From contig JAHLMS010000002.1 in the NCBI GenBank assembly GCA_018920245.1, positions 1 to 58,307 of the forward strand: 58,307 nt of DNA, in the 5' to 3' direction. Source of the stretch: Candidatus Aenigmatarchaeota archaeon (GTDB lineage Archaea; Aenigmatarchaeota; Aenigmatarchaeia; Aenigmatarchaeales; JAHLMS01). The notes under the pieces were generated by a model that had not been told where the DNA came from, did not search any database, and saw nothing but the letters and a program-made list of their open reading frames with translations. The position numbers were made by a program, and so were the translations under genes. Below are positions 35,541 through 44,207 of this stretch, one piece after another (position 1 is the first letter of the stretch; each line of letters opens with the position of its first letter).

Positions 35541-35650
35541 TTCATTTTTTCACAAAATCCAACTGTTACAGAACTGCCATTACAGCAAACTTTAAATAGA
35601 CTCCTGTTGAATTAAAACCACCGCTTAGGCGGTAGCATGGTGCGATAGCT

Positions 35651-36295
35651 ATGGTTGAGGATAAAATCATTGAAAGTATCAAGAAGGCTAGGGAGGCCGC
35701 TCCAAAGAGGAATTTCAAGCAGACGTTCGACCTGGCTGTAAATCTGAAAAACATAGACCTCAAGAAGCCTGAAAACAAGGTGAAGACCGAAGTGCTGCTG
35801 CCTTCAGGCACAGGCAAGATTCATAAGATCGGCATCATTGCTGACAATCTCATACCGAAGGCCCAGAAACTTGACAATATCATACTTATACACAAGGACG
35901 AACTGGAAAGACTTGGAAGAAATAAGCGGGAAGCGAAAAGAATCGCCAGCGAATGTGTAGCCTTCATTGCCGAGGCTCCGCTCATGCCTGCAATAGGAAA
36001 GGCGCTCGGGCCTGTGCTGGCTCCGCGCGGGCTCATGCCCAAACCAGTACCACCAACATTGCCTGATCTCAAGCCGCTCGTGGACAGGGCAGCTTCTACT
36101 GTACGCCTTGCACTCAAGGATAGTCCCGTGTTCCACTGTGCTGTTGGCAATGAGGATATGAGTGATGAAAATATCGCGGAGAATGTCTCAGCCGTGCTCA
36201 AGGCCATTGAGGCTGTATTACCGAAAGGCAAGGAGCAGATACGAAATGCTGTTATCAAGCTCACTATGGGAAAGCCTGTAAAATTTGAGATGTGA
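35651..36295 (+). CDS. rpl1: 50S ribosomal protein L1
   Basis: RNFKQTFDLAVNLK...GKALGPVLAPRGLMP is typical of L1. Confidence 0.93.
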   Translation: MVEDKIIESIKKAREAAPKRNFKQTFDLAVNLKNIDLKKPENKVKTEVLLPSGTGKIHKIGIIADNLIPKAQKLDNIILIHKDELERLGRNKREAKRIASECVAFIAEAPLMPAIGKALGPVLAPRGLMPKPVPPTLPDLKPLVDRAASTVRLALKDSPVFHCAVGNEDMSDENIAENVSAVLKAIEAVLPKGKEQIRNAVIKLTMGKPVKFEM

Positions 36296-36299
36296 TTTT

Positions 36300-37178
36300 A
36301 TGGTAGGACGAGCAAAACGAATGGAGCGAGTGGCAAAAAAAGGCAAACGTGAACCAAAGCCTGCAAAGCTTAATGCGGTAGACGCGCTCGCAAGGGAACT
36401 CCAAACCGTGCCAGTCATAGGTGTTCTGAATATGTTCAAGCTACCTACTGTAGCCCTGCAAAAAATAAAGCGTGAGCTGGCAGGCAAAGCAACAATAAAG
36501 TTCGCAAAGAAGAGCACCCTGACATTTGCTCTCCAGAAGGCCAAGAAAGAAGAGCTCTTGCAATACTTCCCGCAACACCCCGCCCTGATTTTGACCGACA
36601 TGAATCCGTTCAAGCTTTACAAGTTTTTACAAGCCAACAAGTCGCCGAGAGCAGCTAAGGCTGGCGAGATTGCTCCAAAAGACATAGAAGTCAAGGCAGG
36701 ACCGACAGACCTTATGCCTGGTCCTGCGATAAGCACGCTCACCAAGGTCGGCATACCCGCGAAGGTTGAGGGTGGAAAAATAGCTGTGATGAAAGACAAG
36801 GTTATATGCAAGGCTGGCGAGACGATATCACCTGACATGGTCGCGGCCTTCCAGCTGCTCAAGATGCAACCCATGGAGATAGGTTTGGACCTTGTCTCGG
36901 TGGCTGAGGGGGGTTTGATTTACACACGCGATGTACTGGCCGTCGATGAGGCCAAACTGATGGCGGACATCGCATTGGCAGCAAGTCATGCCATTAACCT
37001 TTCTGTGAACATCGGCTGGCCGACAAAGCAGACAATGCCGTTGATGATTATCAAAGCGTTCAAGAACGCTAAAGCAGTAGGCGTAGAGGCGAAGGTGCTC
37101 GAAAAGGGAATAATAGACGACCTGCTCGCGAAAGCGAAACTGCAGGCCGAATTGCTTAACGCTCAAATAAAAATTTGA
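36300..37178 (+). CDS. rplP0: 50S ribosomal stalk protein L10 (P0)
   Basis: It sits between L1 and L12. The length and the [24 protein letters not shown] pattern fit P0. The track's start at 36285 overlaps the L1 stop, so I prefer the ATG at 36300. Confidence 0.9.
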   Translation: MVGRAKRMERVAKKGKREPKPAKLNAVDALARELQTVPVIGVLNMFKLPTVALQKIKRELAGKATIKFAKKSTLTFALQKAKKEELLQYFPQHPALILTDMNPFKLYKFLQANKSPRAAKAGEIAPKDIEVKAGPTDLMPGPAISTLTKVGIPAKVEGGKIAVMKDKVICKAGETISPDMVAAFQLLKMQPMEIGLDLVSVAEGGLIYTRDVLAVDEAKLMADIALAASHAINLSVNIGWPTKQTMPLMIIKAFKNAKAVGVEAKVLEKGIIDDLLAKAKLQAELLNAQIKI

Positions 37179-37192
37179 CGGGGGTGAAAAAA

Positions 37193-37492
37193 GTGGAGAT
37201 GATATATACTGCGCTGTTGCTGCATGCAACAAAACAGCCGATAAATGAAGAGAATGTAAGCAAGGTACTTGCAGCAGCTGGAGCCCAAGCTGACCCGGCG
37301 AAGATAAAGGCGCTCGTGTCAAGTCTCGAAGGGCTAAATATAGATGAGACTATAGCGAAGGCCGCGATGCCTGTCGCAGTCGCTGCTGCACCGGCAGCTG
37401 CACCAGCGGAGAAGAAGGAAGAGAAGAAAGAGGAAGAGGTTACCAAGAAGGCAGAGGAAGCAGCCGCTGGTCTTGGAGCTCTGTTCGGCTGA
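37193..37492 (+). CDS. rpl12: 50S ribosomal stalk protein L12 (P1)
   Basis: (M)[10 protein letters not shown]... and a C-terminal EEKKEEEV...AAGLGALFG. The GTG at 37193 is preceded by GGGGTGA. An alternative ATG is at 37199. Confidence 0.88.
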   Translation: MEMIYTALLLHATKQPINEENVSKVLAAAGAQADPAKIKALVSSLEGLNIDETIAKAAMPVAVAAAPAAAPAEKKEEKKEEEVTKKAEEAAAGLGALFG

Positions 37493-37562
37493 GAATTTTT
37501 ATTTTCGATGATGCCGAGACTCTGAAAAGTATTTATTATATCAAGCGCTCCAATATTGGGAT

Positions 37563-40286
37563 ATGATAACAAAAGATGATCTGAGACGACCGGAGCACTT
37601 CGCGCTGGAATGGTTCAAGAAGAACGGCTTCGAGCGCTATACGTGCGAGAAATGCAAGGCCGCGTTCTGGTCGACAGTACCGCGCGATACCTGTGGTGAA
37701 CCGCCCTGCGAGATGTATGATTTTCTCGGCAACCCTATAATTCCGGGCAAGTGGGATATGGACAGCATGCGTTCCGCTTTCATAAACTTCTTTGAGGCAA
37801 ATGAACACAAACCGATAACAAGATATCCGATTGTGTGTAGATGGAAACCGGACACGCTGTTCACGGGCGCGAGCATCTATTGCTTCATGCCATGGGTCCT
37901 TAACCGCACAATAGAACCACCGGCAAATCCGCTAGTCATGAGTCAGCCATCGTTCCGCGCACAGGACCTGGATAACATAGGACTCGGCACAGCCAGGCAC
38001 TGTTCTATCTTCGAGATGATGGCACACCACGCGTTCAACTATCCGGAAAAGGACGTCTACTGGAAGGACAAGACGGTTGACCTCTGCTGGCGGTGGTTGA
38101 CTGAGCGACTGAAAATCAATTCTGCGTTGATAACGTTCAAAGAGAACTCTTGGGAAGGCGGTGGCTATGCGGGCCCATGCTTCGAAGTGCTGGCTGCTGG
38201 CAACGAGCTGGCAACACTTGTTTTTATGGAATTTGCTGGACCGTTTGACGGAAAGTATGAACAGCTAGACGTGAAAGTTGTTGACACGGGCTACGGCCTT
38301 GAGAGGCATGTCTGGGCAGCAACAGGCACTCCTACCGTCTACGATGCTGCCTATCCAAAAATAATCAGATGGCTAGCCAACAAGGCTGGTGTTGCAGAAC
38401 CGGATCCAGAGCTTTTTTACATGTTCTGCCAGAGCGCAGGCAGCCTGAATGTCGAGGAGACGAATGTTGAGGAGATGCGGAAGAAAATCGTTGCTAGGAT
38501 AGCAGAAGAGCTCGGCTTCTCAATTGATGAAATCATGAAAGTAATTCTCTCATATTCCGCAATATATCAGATAGCCGACCATACAAAGGCGATAGCGTTC
38601 ATACTCAATGATGGCGTTGTGCCCTCGAATGTTGCAGAGGGTTATATCGCACGGCTGTTGATACGCAGAGCCATACGCAATCTGAATGATCTCGGTTTAA
38701 GAGAGATGCCGCTCTCGCATGTTGTTGCAAAGCAGATAGATGGAATGAAAAATATCTTCTCGGAGATGTATGAACACAGGAATTCAATACTAAAGATGGT
38801 GGATGTTGAATCAGAGAAGTATGCATCGACGCTGAAACGTGGGGCAGAGCTGGTGCGTAAAATCGTTGCTGATATGAAGAGGGCTGGCAAGAAGGAAATC
38901 GATCGTGAGACGCTTGCACAACTTTATGACAGCCATGGCTTACTGCCACGTGATGTCAAGAACTGGTCTGAACTACCGCTCGCCGACATATCTGATATCG
39001 ACACCAAAATTGCTGTACAGAAGTCCATTGTTAAAATACCAGCCGAGAAGGCGCTCATCGACGTGACCGGCCTGCCCGACACGAAGGCGCTTTATCATGA
39101 AGATGAGAAGCTCTATGAATTCAAGGCAAAGGTTCTGCGAATAATCGATGGTAAGTGGGTCGTGTTGGATCAAACCGCGTTCTATCCTCGTGGCGGAGGT
39201 CAGGAGCCTGACCATGGCTCAATTGAAGGGTATGCCGTATACGATGTAGAAAAAATCGGAAATGTTATCGTGCATGCTGTTGAGGAACCTGAATTCAAGG
39301 AAGGTGATATAGTCAAATGCAACATCAACATCCCAAGAAGGAAGCAGATAGCGATGCATCACACTGCGACACATATAATAAATGGTGCTGCACGCAGGCT
39401 GCTGGGCGACCACATCTGGCAGGCAGGGAGCAAAAAGGACGTTGATAAGGCGCACCTAGATGTAACACATTATGCGCCGCTCACGGAACATGAGGTTGCC
39501 AAAATAGAGCAGACAGCGAACGATATTGTAAAGAAAAAACTGCGCGTGATCAAGCAGGTGTTGCCGCGGGACGTTGCTGAGAAAAAGTTCGGTTACAGGC
39601 TCTATCAAGGAGGTGCTGTGCCAGGTAGGGAACTGCATACGATAGACATCAGCGGCTGGGATGTGGAGGCGTGTGGCGGTATACATGTTGATAATACTGC
39701 AGAGGTCGGACCAATCATCATTTTAAAAACCGAGCGCGTGCAGGACGGTATCGTGCGGCTCATTTATGCGTCCGGACCAGCCGCCCAGAAGCACCTTGCT
39801 GAACGCGCCAAGATACTGTCGAAATGCGCAAGGGCGCTCAAGGTAAGCGAGATGAAGTTGCCGGCAGCTTGCAGAAAGCTGCTTGCTGAATGGAAGAAGG
39901 TGCGCAAGCAACTCAATACCGCGACTGAAAAAGCTGCCCAGAAAAAGATAAAGGCATTGAAATTTGTGGAAAGCGACGATTTAAAAATTCTTGTGGCAGA
40001 AATACCAGGCGCTGGTGCGGAACAGCTCAAAGAGATATCGCTCAAGCTCAGCGCGGACAACACTGTGATAGTTCTGTTTGGCACGCGCGAAACGGTAAGC
40101 GTGTTCGCTTCAGCCGGAAAAGATGCTGTCAACGCTGGTATTGATGTGGGAAAAATCGTTCAGGAGGCCTGCCGTGAGCTTGGCGGCAGAGGTGGGGGAC
40201 AGCCAGGCCTGGCCCAAGGCATTGGTAAGTACAAAAGCAAAGTCAAACGTGTGGTTGATAAACTGCGCACCAAATTCAGTGGTTAA
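37563..40286 (+). CDS. alaS: alanine--tRNA ligase
   Basis: 907 aa with a class II core. The editing domain carries HTATHIINGA and CGGIHV (HxxxH / CxxxH), and a C-terminal DHHA1-like domain (GGRGGGQPGLAQG) is present. Confidence 0.95.
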   Translation: MITKDDLRRPEHFALEWFKKNGFERYTCEKCKAAFWSTVPRDTCGEPPCEMYDFLGNPIIPGKWDMDSMRSAFINFFEANEHKPITRYPIVCRWKPDTLFTGASIYCFMPWVLNRTIEPPANPLVMSQPSFRAQDLDNIGLGTARHCSIFEMMAHHAFNYPEKDVYWKDKTVDLCWRWLTERLKINSALITFKENSWEGGGYAGPCFEVLAAGNELATLVFMEFAGPFDGKYEQLDVKVVDTGYGLERHVWAATGTPTVYDAAYPKIIRWLANKAGVAEPDPELFYMFCQSAGSLNVEETNVEEMRKKIVARIAEELGFSIDEIMKVILSYSAIYQIADHTKAIAFILNDGVVPSNVAEGYIARLLIRRAIRNLNDLGLREMPLSHVVAKQIDGMKNIFSEMYEHRNSILKMVDVESEKYASTLKRGAELVRKIVADMKRAGKKEIDRETLAQLYDSHGLLPRDVKNWSELPLADISDIDTKIAVQKSIVKIPAEKALIDVTGLPDTKALYHEDEKLYEFKAKVLRIIDGKWVVLDQTAFYPRGGGQEPDHGSIEGYAVYDVEKIGNVIVHAVEEPEFKEGDIVKCNINIPRRKQIAMHHTATHIINGAARRLLGDHIWQAGSKKDVDKAHLDVTHYAPLTEHEVAKIEQTANDIVKKKLRVIKQVLPRDVAEKKFGYRLYQGGAVPGRELHTIDISGWDVEACGGIHVDNTAEVGPIIILKTERVQDGIVRLIYASGPAAQKHLAERAKILSKCARALKVSEMKLPAACRKLLAEWKKVRKQLNTATEKAAQKKIKALKFVESDDLKILVAEIPGAGAEQLKEISLKLSADNTVIVLFGTRETVSVFASAGKDAVNAGIDVGKIVQEACRELGGRGGGQPGLAQGIGKYKSKVKRVVDKLRTKFSG

Positions 40287-40287
40287 G

Positions 40288-40440
40288 ATGAAAATCGAAA
40301 TGCTTCGCAAGAAGGACAAGCTCGTCCGTGAGGCAGCGGCCGCATTAAACTGCGAACCAGAGGCGCTTCCATCCATAATCGAAAAGTTTCAACGGGAGAT
40401 AAGGGACATTAAAAAGGAAATGAAACGCATCAGGGGCTGA
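40288..40440 (+). CDS. small hypothetical protein (50 aa) directly after alaS
   Basis: MKIEMLRKKDKLVREAAAALNCEPEALPSIIEKFQREIRDIKKEMKRIRG. The ATG lies 2 nt after the alaS stop. The track shows it only as part of a longer out-of-frame ORF (40123..40440). Confidence 0.3.
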   Translation: MKIEMLRKKDKLVREAAAALNCEPEALPSIIEKFQREIRDIKKEMKRIRG

Positions 40441-40897
40441 CAAGCGCACACTGTTCTATTGGCGTAAAGAACAAATCACATATCCTCTTGAAAGCATCAT
40501 CATAAGTTATGTTGCCTGTGATTAAGTCTATCGTTGAGCCCTTCAGATAAAGTGCCGGCACCTCTTTTATTTCAAGCGAAGAAGTGAAGTTGGGCCATTC
40601 ATCGACGTCTATCTCCTCGATTATCAGATTTCCACCGAAGTCTTGGAAGAGGTCGCCGACTGTTTTGGTAACTTCCGGGCAGGTCGTGCAGTTTTCGGAA
40701 AAAAAGTACCTAGCTATAACCTTGTTCTGGCGCAAGAACACAGACTCGTCAGCATTGCTGAGCGGACCATTGAAGATGAGCTTCTGCTTTGGCTGCCCAA
40801 ATTCCATGACAGACATTAGTGCATAGGCAATGCCGCTGCCAATGAACATTATGAGCACGAACAGCACAAAGAGCTGTTGCCTTGTTATACGAACCAT
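40430..40897 (-). CDS. membrane-anchored thioredoxin-fold protein (CTTC active-site motif)
   Basis: An N-terminal TM helix. Contains SENCTTCPEV and a cis-Pro region (VPALYL). Confidence 0.65.
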   Translation of the reverse strand: MVRITRQQLFVLFVLIMFIGSGIAYALMSVMEFGQPKQKLIFNGPLSNADESVFLRQNKVIARYFFSENCTTCPEVTKTVGDLFQDFGGNLIIEEIDVDEWPNFTSSLEIKEVPALYLKGSTIDLITGNITYDDAFKRICDLFFTPIEQCALVSP

Positions 40898-41178
40898 TAT
40901 TTCTCACTTAGAAAATGATTTATAACGGCTTCGAGATGCTCTTCGCGCGGCGGCCCTGTGAACTTCGGCTCGTTCTCAATCAGTATCGTGGGTACCATCG
41001 TTATGCCTAGCGCTTCGGCCCGAGCCGCTCCCTCTTTTGTATCTATTGACGTCTCAACAAGCTTGACCCTTTTCCCAAACTTCTTACACACCTTCTTCAC
41101 GACCTCCTTGGCTGGGGGACAAAAGGGACATGTCTCAGAAGTCATTATTTCAACCTTGATTGGTGGCATACTAACCAT
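40897..41178 (-). CDS. glutaredoxin/thioredoxin-like small redox protein (CPFC)
   Basis: 93 aa. Contains TSETCPFCPPAKEVV and VPTILI, which indicate a thioredoxin fold. Confidence 0.75.
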   Translation of the reverse strand: MVSMPPIKVEIMTSETCPFCPPAKEVVKKVCKKFGKRVKLVETSIDTKEGAARAEALGITMVPTILIENEPKFTGPPREEHLEAVINHFLSEK

Positions 41179-41231
41179 TACGGCAAGCCCCTATAAATAA
41201 TTTTATTAGCTGGCTCTGCGAGCTATTAACC

Positions 41232-43319
41232 ATGGTGATTTCTCATGTCCGCAAGCGCGACGGCAGGATAGTGCCTTTCGAGCAGTCTCGCATAACAGAC
41301 GCTATACACAGGGCCATGTTCGATGCCGGAGTTAAGGATGGTAGGGATGCCCGCAAACTCTCAGACAAAGTCACTGCAATACTCTCAAAAAGGTTTTTAA
41401 GAAAGGTGCCTGACGTTGAGGACATTCAAAACGTTGTCGAAGAAGTCCTAAAGAAATGGGACCGTCGCGTGTGGGCGGCCTATCATGAATTTAGAGTCAA
41501 GAAAGCAGAGATACGTGAGGCGCGCAAGCTCTTTGGAATAGAAGAGAAGCTTACGTACAATGCTATGCAAGTTCTTGAGCGCAGGTACCTGCTACGCGAC
41601 AAGAAAGGAAGAATAGTTGAAACCCCAGCAAAGATGTTCAGGCGCGTCGCGCGGACTGTTGCTGCGGTTGAAAAGAAATATGGCGGTAATGTAAAGAAGA
41701 TGGAAAACGATTTTTTCAACCTCATGTCCAGACTCGAGTTCCTGCCCAACAGCCCGACCATGTTCAATGCCGGTACGCCTTTAGGACAGCTGAGCGCATG
41801 CTTCGTGCTTCCAGTTCCAGACTCGCTCGACGGCATATTTACAGCAGTCAAGAATACCGCTTTGATTGAACAGAGCGGAGGCGGTGTTGGATTTTCTTTC
41901 TCACAGCTCAGACCGAGAGGTGACATCGTGCGATCTACTATGGGTGTTGCCTCTGGACCTGTGTCATTCATGCGTGTGTTCGACACTGCAACGGATGTGA
42001 TAAAGGCAGGTGGCAAACGCAGAGGAGCGATGATGGGCATACTGCGTGTTGACCACCCAGACATAATCGAGTTCATCACAGCAAAACAGACTCCAGGCTT
42101 CCTTAACAACTTCAACATTTCCGTGGCTGTTACCGATAAGTTTATGGCAGCTGTGCGAGAGAATAAAAATTATGAATTAATTAATCCGCGCACAGGCAAG
42201 GCTGTTAAAAAACTGAATGCACGATATGTCTGGAACCTTATCATTCAGAATGCATGGAAGACAGGCGACCCTGGTGTAATATTTATCGATGAAATAAATC
42301 GTACGAATCCGACAGCCCATCTTGGCCCTATCGAGGCAACGAACCCCTGTGGTGAGCAACCGTTGCATCCTTATGAGAGCTGCAATCTCGGCTCTATCAA
42401 TATGACGAAGATGCTTAAGAAGGAAGGCGGCCGCTATAAGATTGATTGGGAGAAGCTGGAACGGACGGTCAAGTTGTGCGTACAATTTCTAGATAATGTT
42501 ATCGATGCAAATAAGTACCCATTACCTGAGATCGAGAGAATGGTCCGTGCAAACAGACGCATCGGGCTCGGTGTGATGGGCTGGGCCGATACACTGATAT
42601 TGCTCGGTATAAGATATGATTCAAATAAGGCGCTTAAGCTCGCTGAGAAGGTAATGGGCTTCATCGAGAACAAAGCACATGAGAAATCAATTGAACTTGG
42701 TAAAAAGCGTGGCAGCTTTCCAAACTTCAGTGGGAGCCTGTGGAAAAAGAAGGGTTATCCTGCGATGCGCAATGCAACCGTGACGACCATCGCACCAACA
42801 GGAACGCTCTCGATAATCGCAGGTGTCAGCTCCGGCATCGAACCGCTGTTTGCTGTCAGCTTTGTGCGCAGAATACTCGAAGGAAGACGACTGCTCGAAT
42901 CAAATAGAATATTCGAACAAATTGCGAAAGAGCGCGGCTTCTATTCAACCGAGCTGATGATGAGAATTGCAAAGAAAGGCACTGTGCAAAAAATCAAAGG
43001 CGTGCCAAAAGACGTTCAGAAACTGTTTGTGACCGCGCTTGACATAAAGCCTGAGTGGCACGTGCGCATGCAGGCCGCGTTCCAGAAACACGTCGACAAC
43101 TCGGTGAGCAAGACGATAAACTTCCCGCAGAACGCGAAACCAGCCGATGTCCGCAAGGCATACGAGCTTGCGTATAAACTGAAATGTAAAGGTATCACTG
43201 TCTATCGCTACGGCTCCAAGCCAGAGCAGGTGTTGTACATCGGACCGCAAGAACTCGTACATGCTGAGTCTGAATTCTCAGGCGGCTGCCCGACGGCGCT
43301 GTGCCCAATGCCGAGCTGA
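41232..43319 (+). CDS. nrdJ: adenosylcobalamin-dependent ribonucleotide reductase (class II, NrdJ) with an N-terminal ATP-cone
   Basis: The ATP-cone is VRKRDGRIVPFEQSRITDAI. Also contains LPNSPTMFNAG, the NPCGEQPL active-site loop, and TIAPTGTLS. Confidence 0.92.
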   Translation: MVISHVRKRDGRIVPFEQSRITDAIHRAMFDAGVKDGRDARKLSDKVTAILSKRFLRKVPDVEDIQNVVEEVLKKWDRRVWAAYHEFRVKKAEIREARKLFGIEEKLTYNAMQVLERRYLLRDKKGRIVETPAKMFRRVARTVAAVEKKYGGNVKKMENDFFNLMSRLEFLPNSPTMFNAGTPLGQLSACFVLPVPDSLDGIFTAVKNTALIEQSGGGVGFSFSQLRPRGDIVRSTMGVASGPVSFMRVFDTATDVIKAGGKRRGAMMGILRVDHPDIIEFITAKQTPGFLNNFNISVAVTDKFMAAVRENKNYELINPRTGKAVKKLNARYVWNLIIQNAWKTGDPGVIFIDEINRTNPTAHLGPIEATNPCGEQPLHPYESCNLGSINMTKMLKKEGGRYKIDWEKLERTVKLCVQFLDNVIDANKYPLPEIERMVRANRRIGLGVMGWADTLILLGIRYDSNKALKLAEKVMGFIENKAHEKSIELGKKRGSFPNFSGSLWKKKGYPAMRNATVTTIAPTGTLSIIAGVSSGIEPLFAVSFVRRILEGRRLLESNRIFEQIAKERGFYSTELMMRIAKKGTVQKIKGVPKDVQKLFVTALDIKPEWHVRMQAAFQKHVDNSVSKTINFPQNAKPADVRKAYELAYKLKCKGITVYRYGSKPEQVLYIGPQELVHAESEFSGGCPTALCPMPS

Positions 43320-43323
43320 TTGT

Positions 43324-43833
43324 ATGGGTTCAGTCTACCTCTACACAGGCGACGGCGCAGGCAAGACAACAGCAGCACTCGGGCTGGCGATGCGCTCGCT
43401 GGGTTGGGGCCACAAGGTCATAATCGTCCAGTTCATGAAAGGCCGAAAAAATATAGGAGAATACAGAATTGCGAAAAAACTTGGAGCGCTCTATGAAATA
43501 CATCAGTTTGGCCGGCGCGGCTGGGTCAATGTCTACAAACCTGAGAAGAAGGATATCGAACTGGCATATAAAGGGTTGAGGTTCACAAGGGACATTCTCG
43601 CAAAACGCCCACCACATCTATTAATTCTTGATGAAATCAATCTGGCTGTCGGTGCTAAGCTGTTGAAGGAACAGGACGTGCTAGATGTACTAAAAAATAT
43701 TCCGGCAAAGACTACCGTTGTGCTGACTGGTAGGTGGGCAACAAAGGCGCTCATCAAGCGGGCTGACTTTGTTTGTGAGGTGCGCCAAATCAAGCGCAGA
43801 GGCATGTCCGCTGTCAAAGGCATAGCATACTAG
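43324..43833 (+). CDS. cobO: ATP:cob(I)alamin adenosyltransferase (CobA/CobO/BtuR family)
   Basis: YLYTGDGAGKTTAALGLAMRSLGWGHKVIIVQFMKG and LLILDEIN. The start is moved to the ATG at 43324, just after the nrdJ stop. Confidence 0.88.
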   Translation: MGSVYLYTGDGAGKTTAALGLAMRSLGWGHKVIIVQFMKGRKNIGEYRIAKKLGALYEIHQFGRRGWVNVYKPEKKDIELAYKGLRFTRDILAKRPPHLLILDEINLAVGAKLLKEQDVLDVLKNIPAKTTVVLTGRWATKALIKRADFVCEVRQIKRRGMSAVKGIAY

Positions 43834-43849
43834 CGCAAAAAACCAGCGA

Positions 43850-44029
43850 TCATTTTAACGATATCGCGCCAACTGGACATGTATCAACCACTGACTGTAA
43901 GTCGCACTTTCCTTTTTGATTCTTTACGCGCGACTTTCCATCCGGCCCCAACTCGAAGACATCTGGACATAGCGAAACGCATGCACCGCACCCGATGCAT
44001 TTGTTTCTGTCAACTTTGGGCGTAGGCAT
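43850..44029 (-). CDS. small 4Fe-4S ferredoxin
   Basis: CIGCGACVSLCP ... C ... CP pattern. The start is probably MPTPKVD at 44029; the track gives 44050. Confidence 0.8.
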   Translation of the reverse strand: MPTPKVDRNKCIGCGACVSLCPDVFELGPDGKSRVKNQKGKCDLQSVVDTCPVGAISLK

Positions 44030-44207
44030 AGCATCACCTCTTTTAGTCAAAATATGTCATAGTTTAAGATATAAATGATGTATTTTTCGTGTTTGTTGAT
44101 GTGTTGCGTATCTATTTTGCAGTGTAATAATGTTTAAATATTTAATAAAGCATAAAATGGCTGCACCCTTGATATCAAAAACAGCGCCCAAGCTAGTGAT
44201 GATGTAA

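Noticed and set aside
35617-35641. Hairpin ACCA-CCGC-TTAG-GCGG-TAGCA-TGGT just upstream of rpl1, considered as an L1 autoregulatory mRNA site
   Set aside because: I cannot match it from memory to the L1-binding consensus of 23S rRNA or the Methanococcus L1 mRNA. A TATA-like box at about 35591 may place the transcription start inside the hairpin. An Rfam or covariance search is needed.
43261-43323. Longer start of the adenosyltransferase ORF overlapping the end of nrdJ
   Set aside because: The extension (MLSLNSQAAARRRCAQCRADC) is out-of-frame nrdJ sequence. The family signature begins right after the ATG at 43324.
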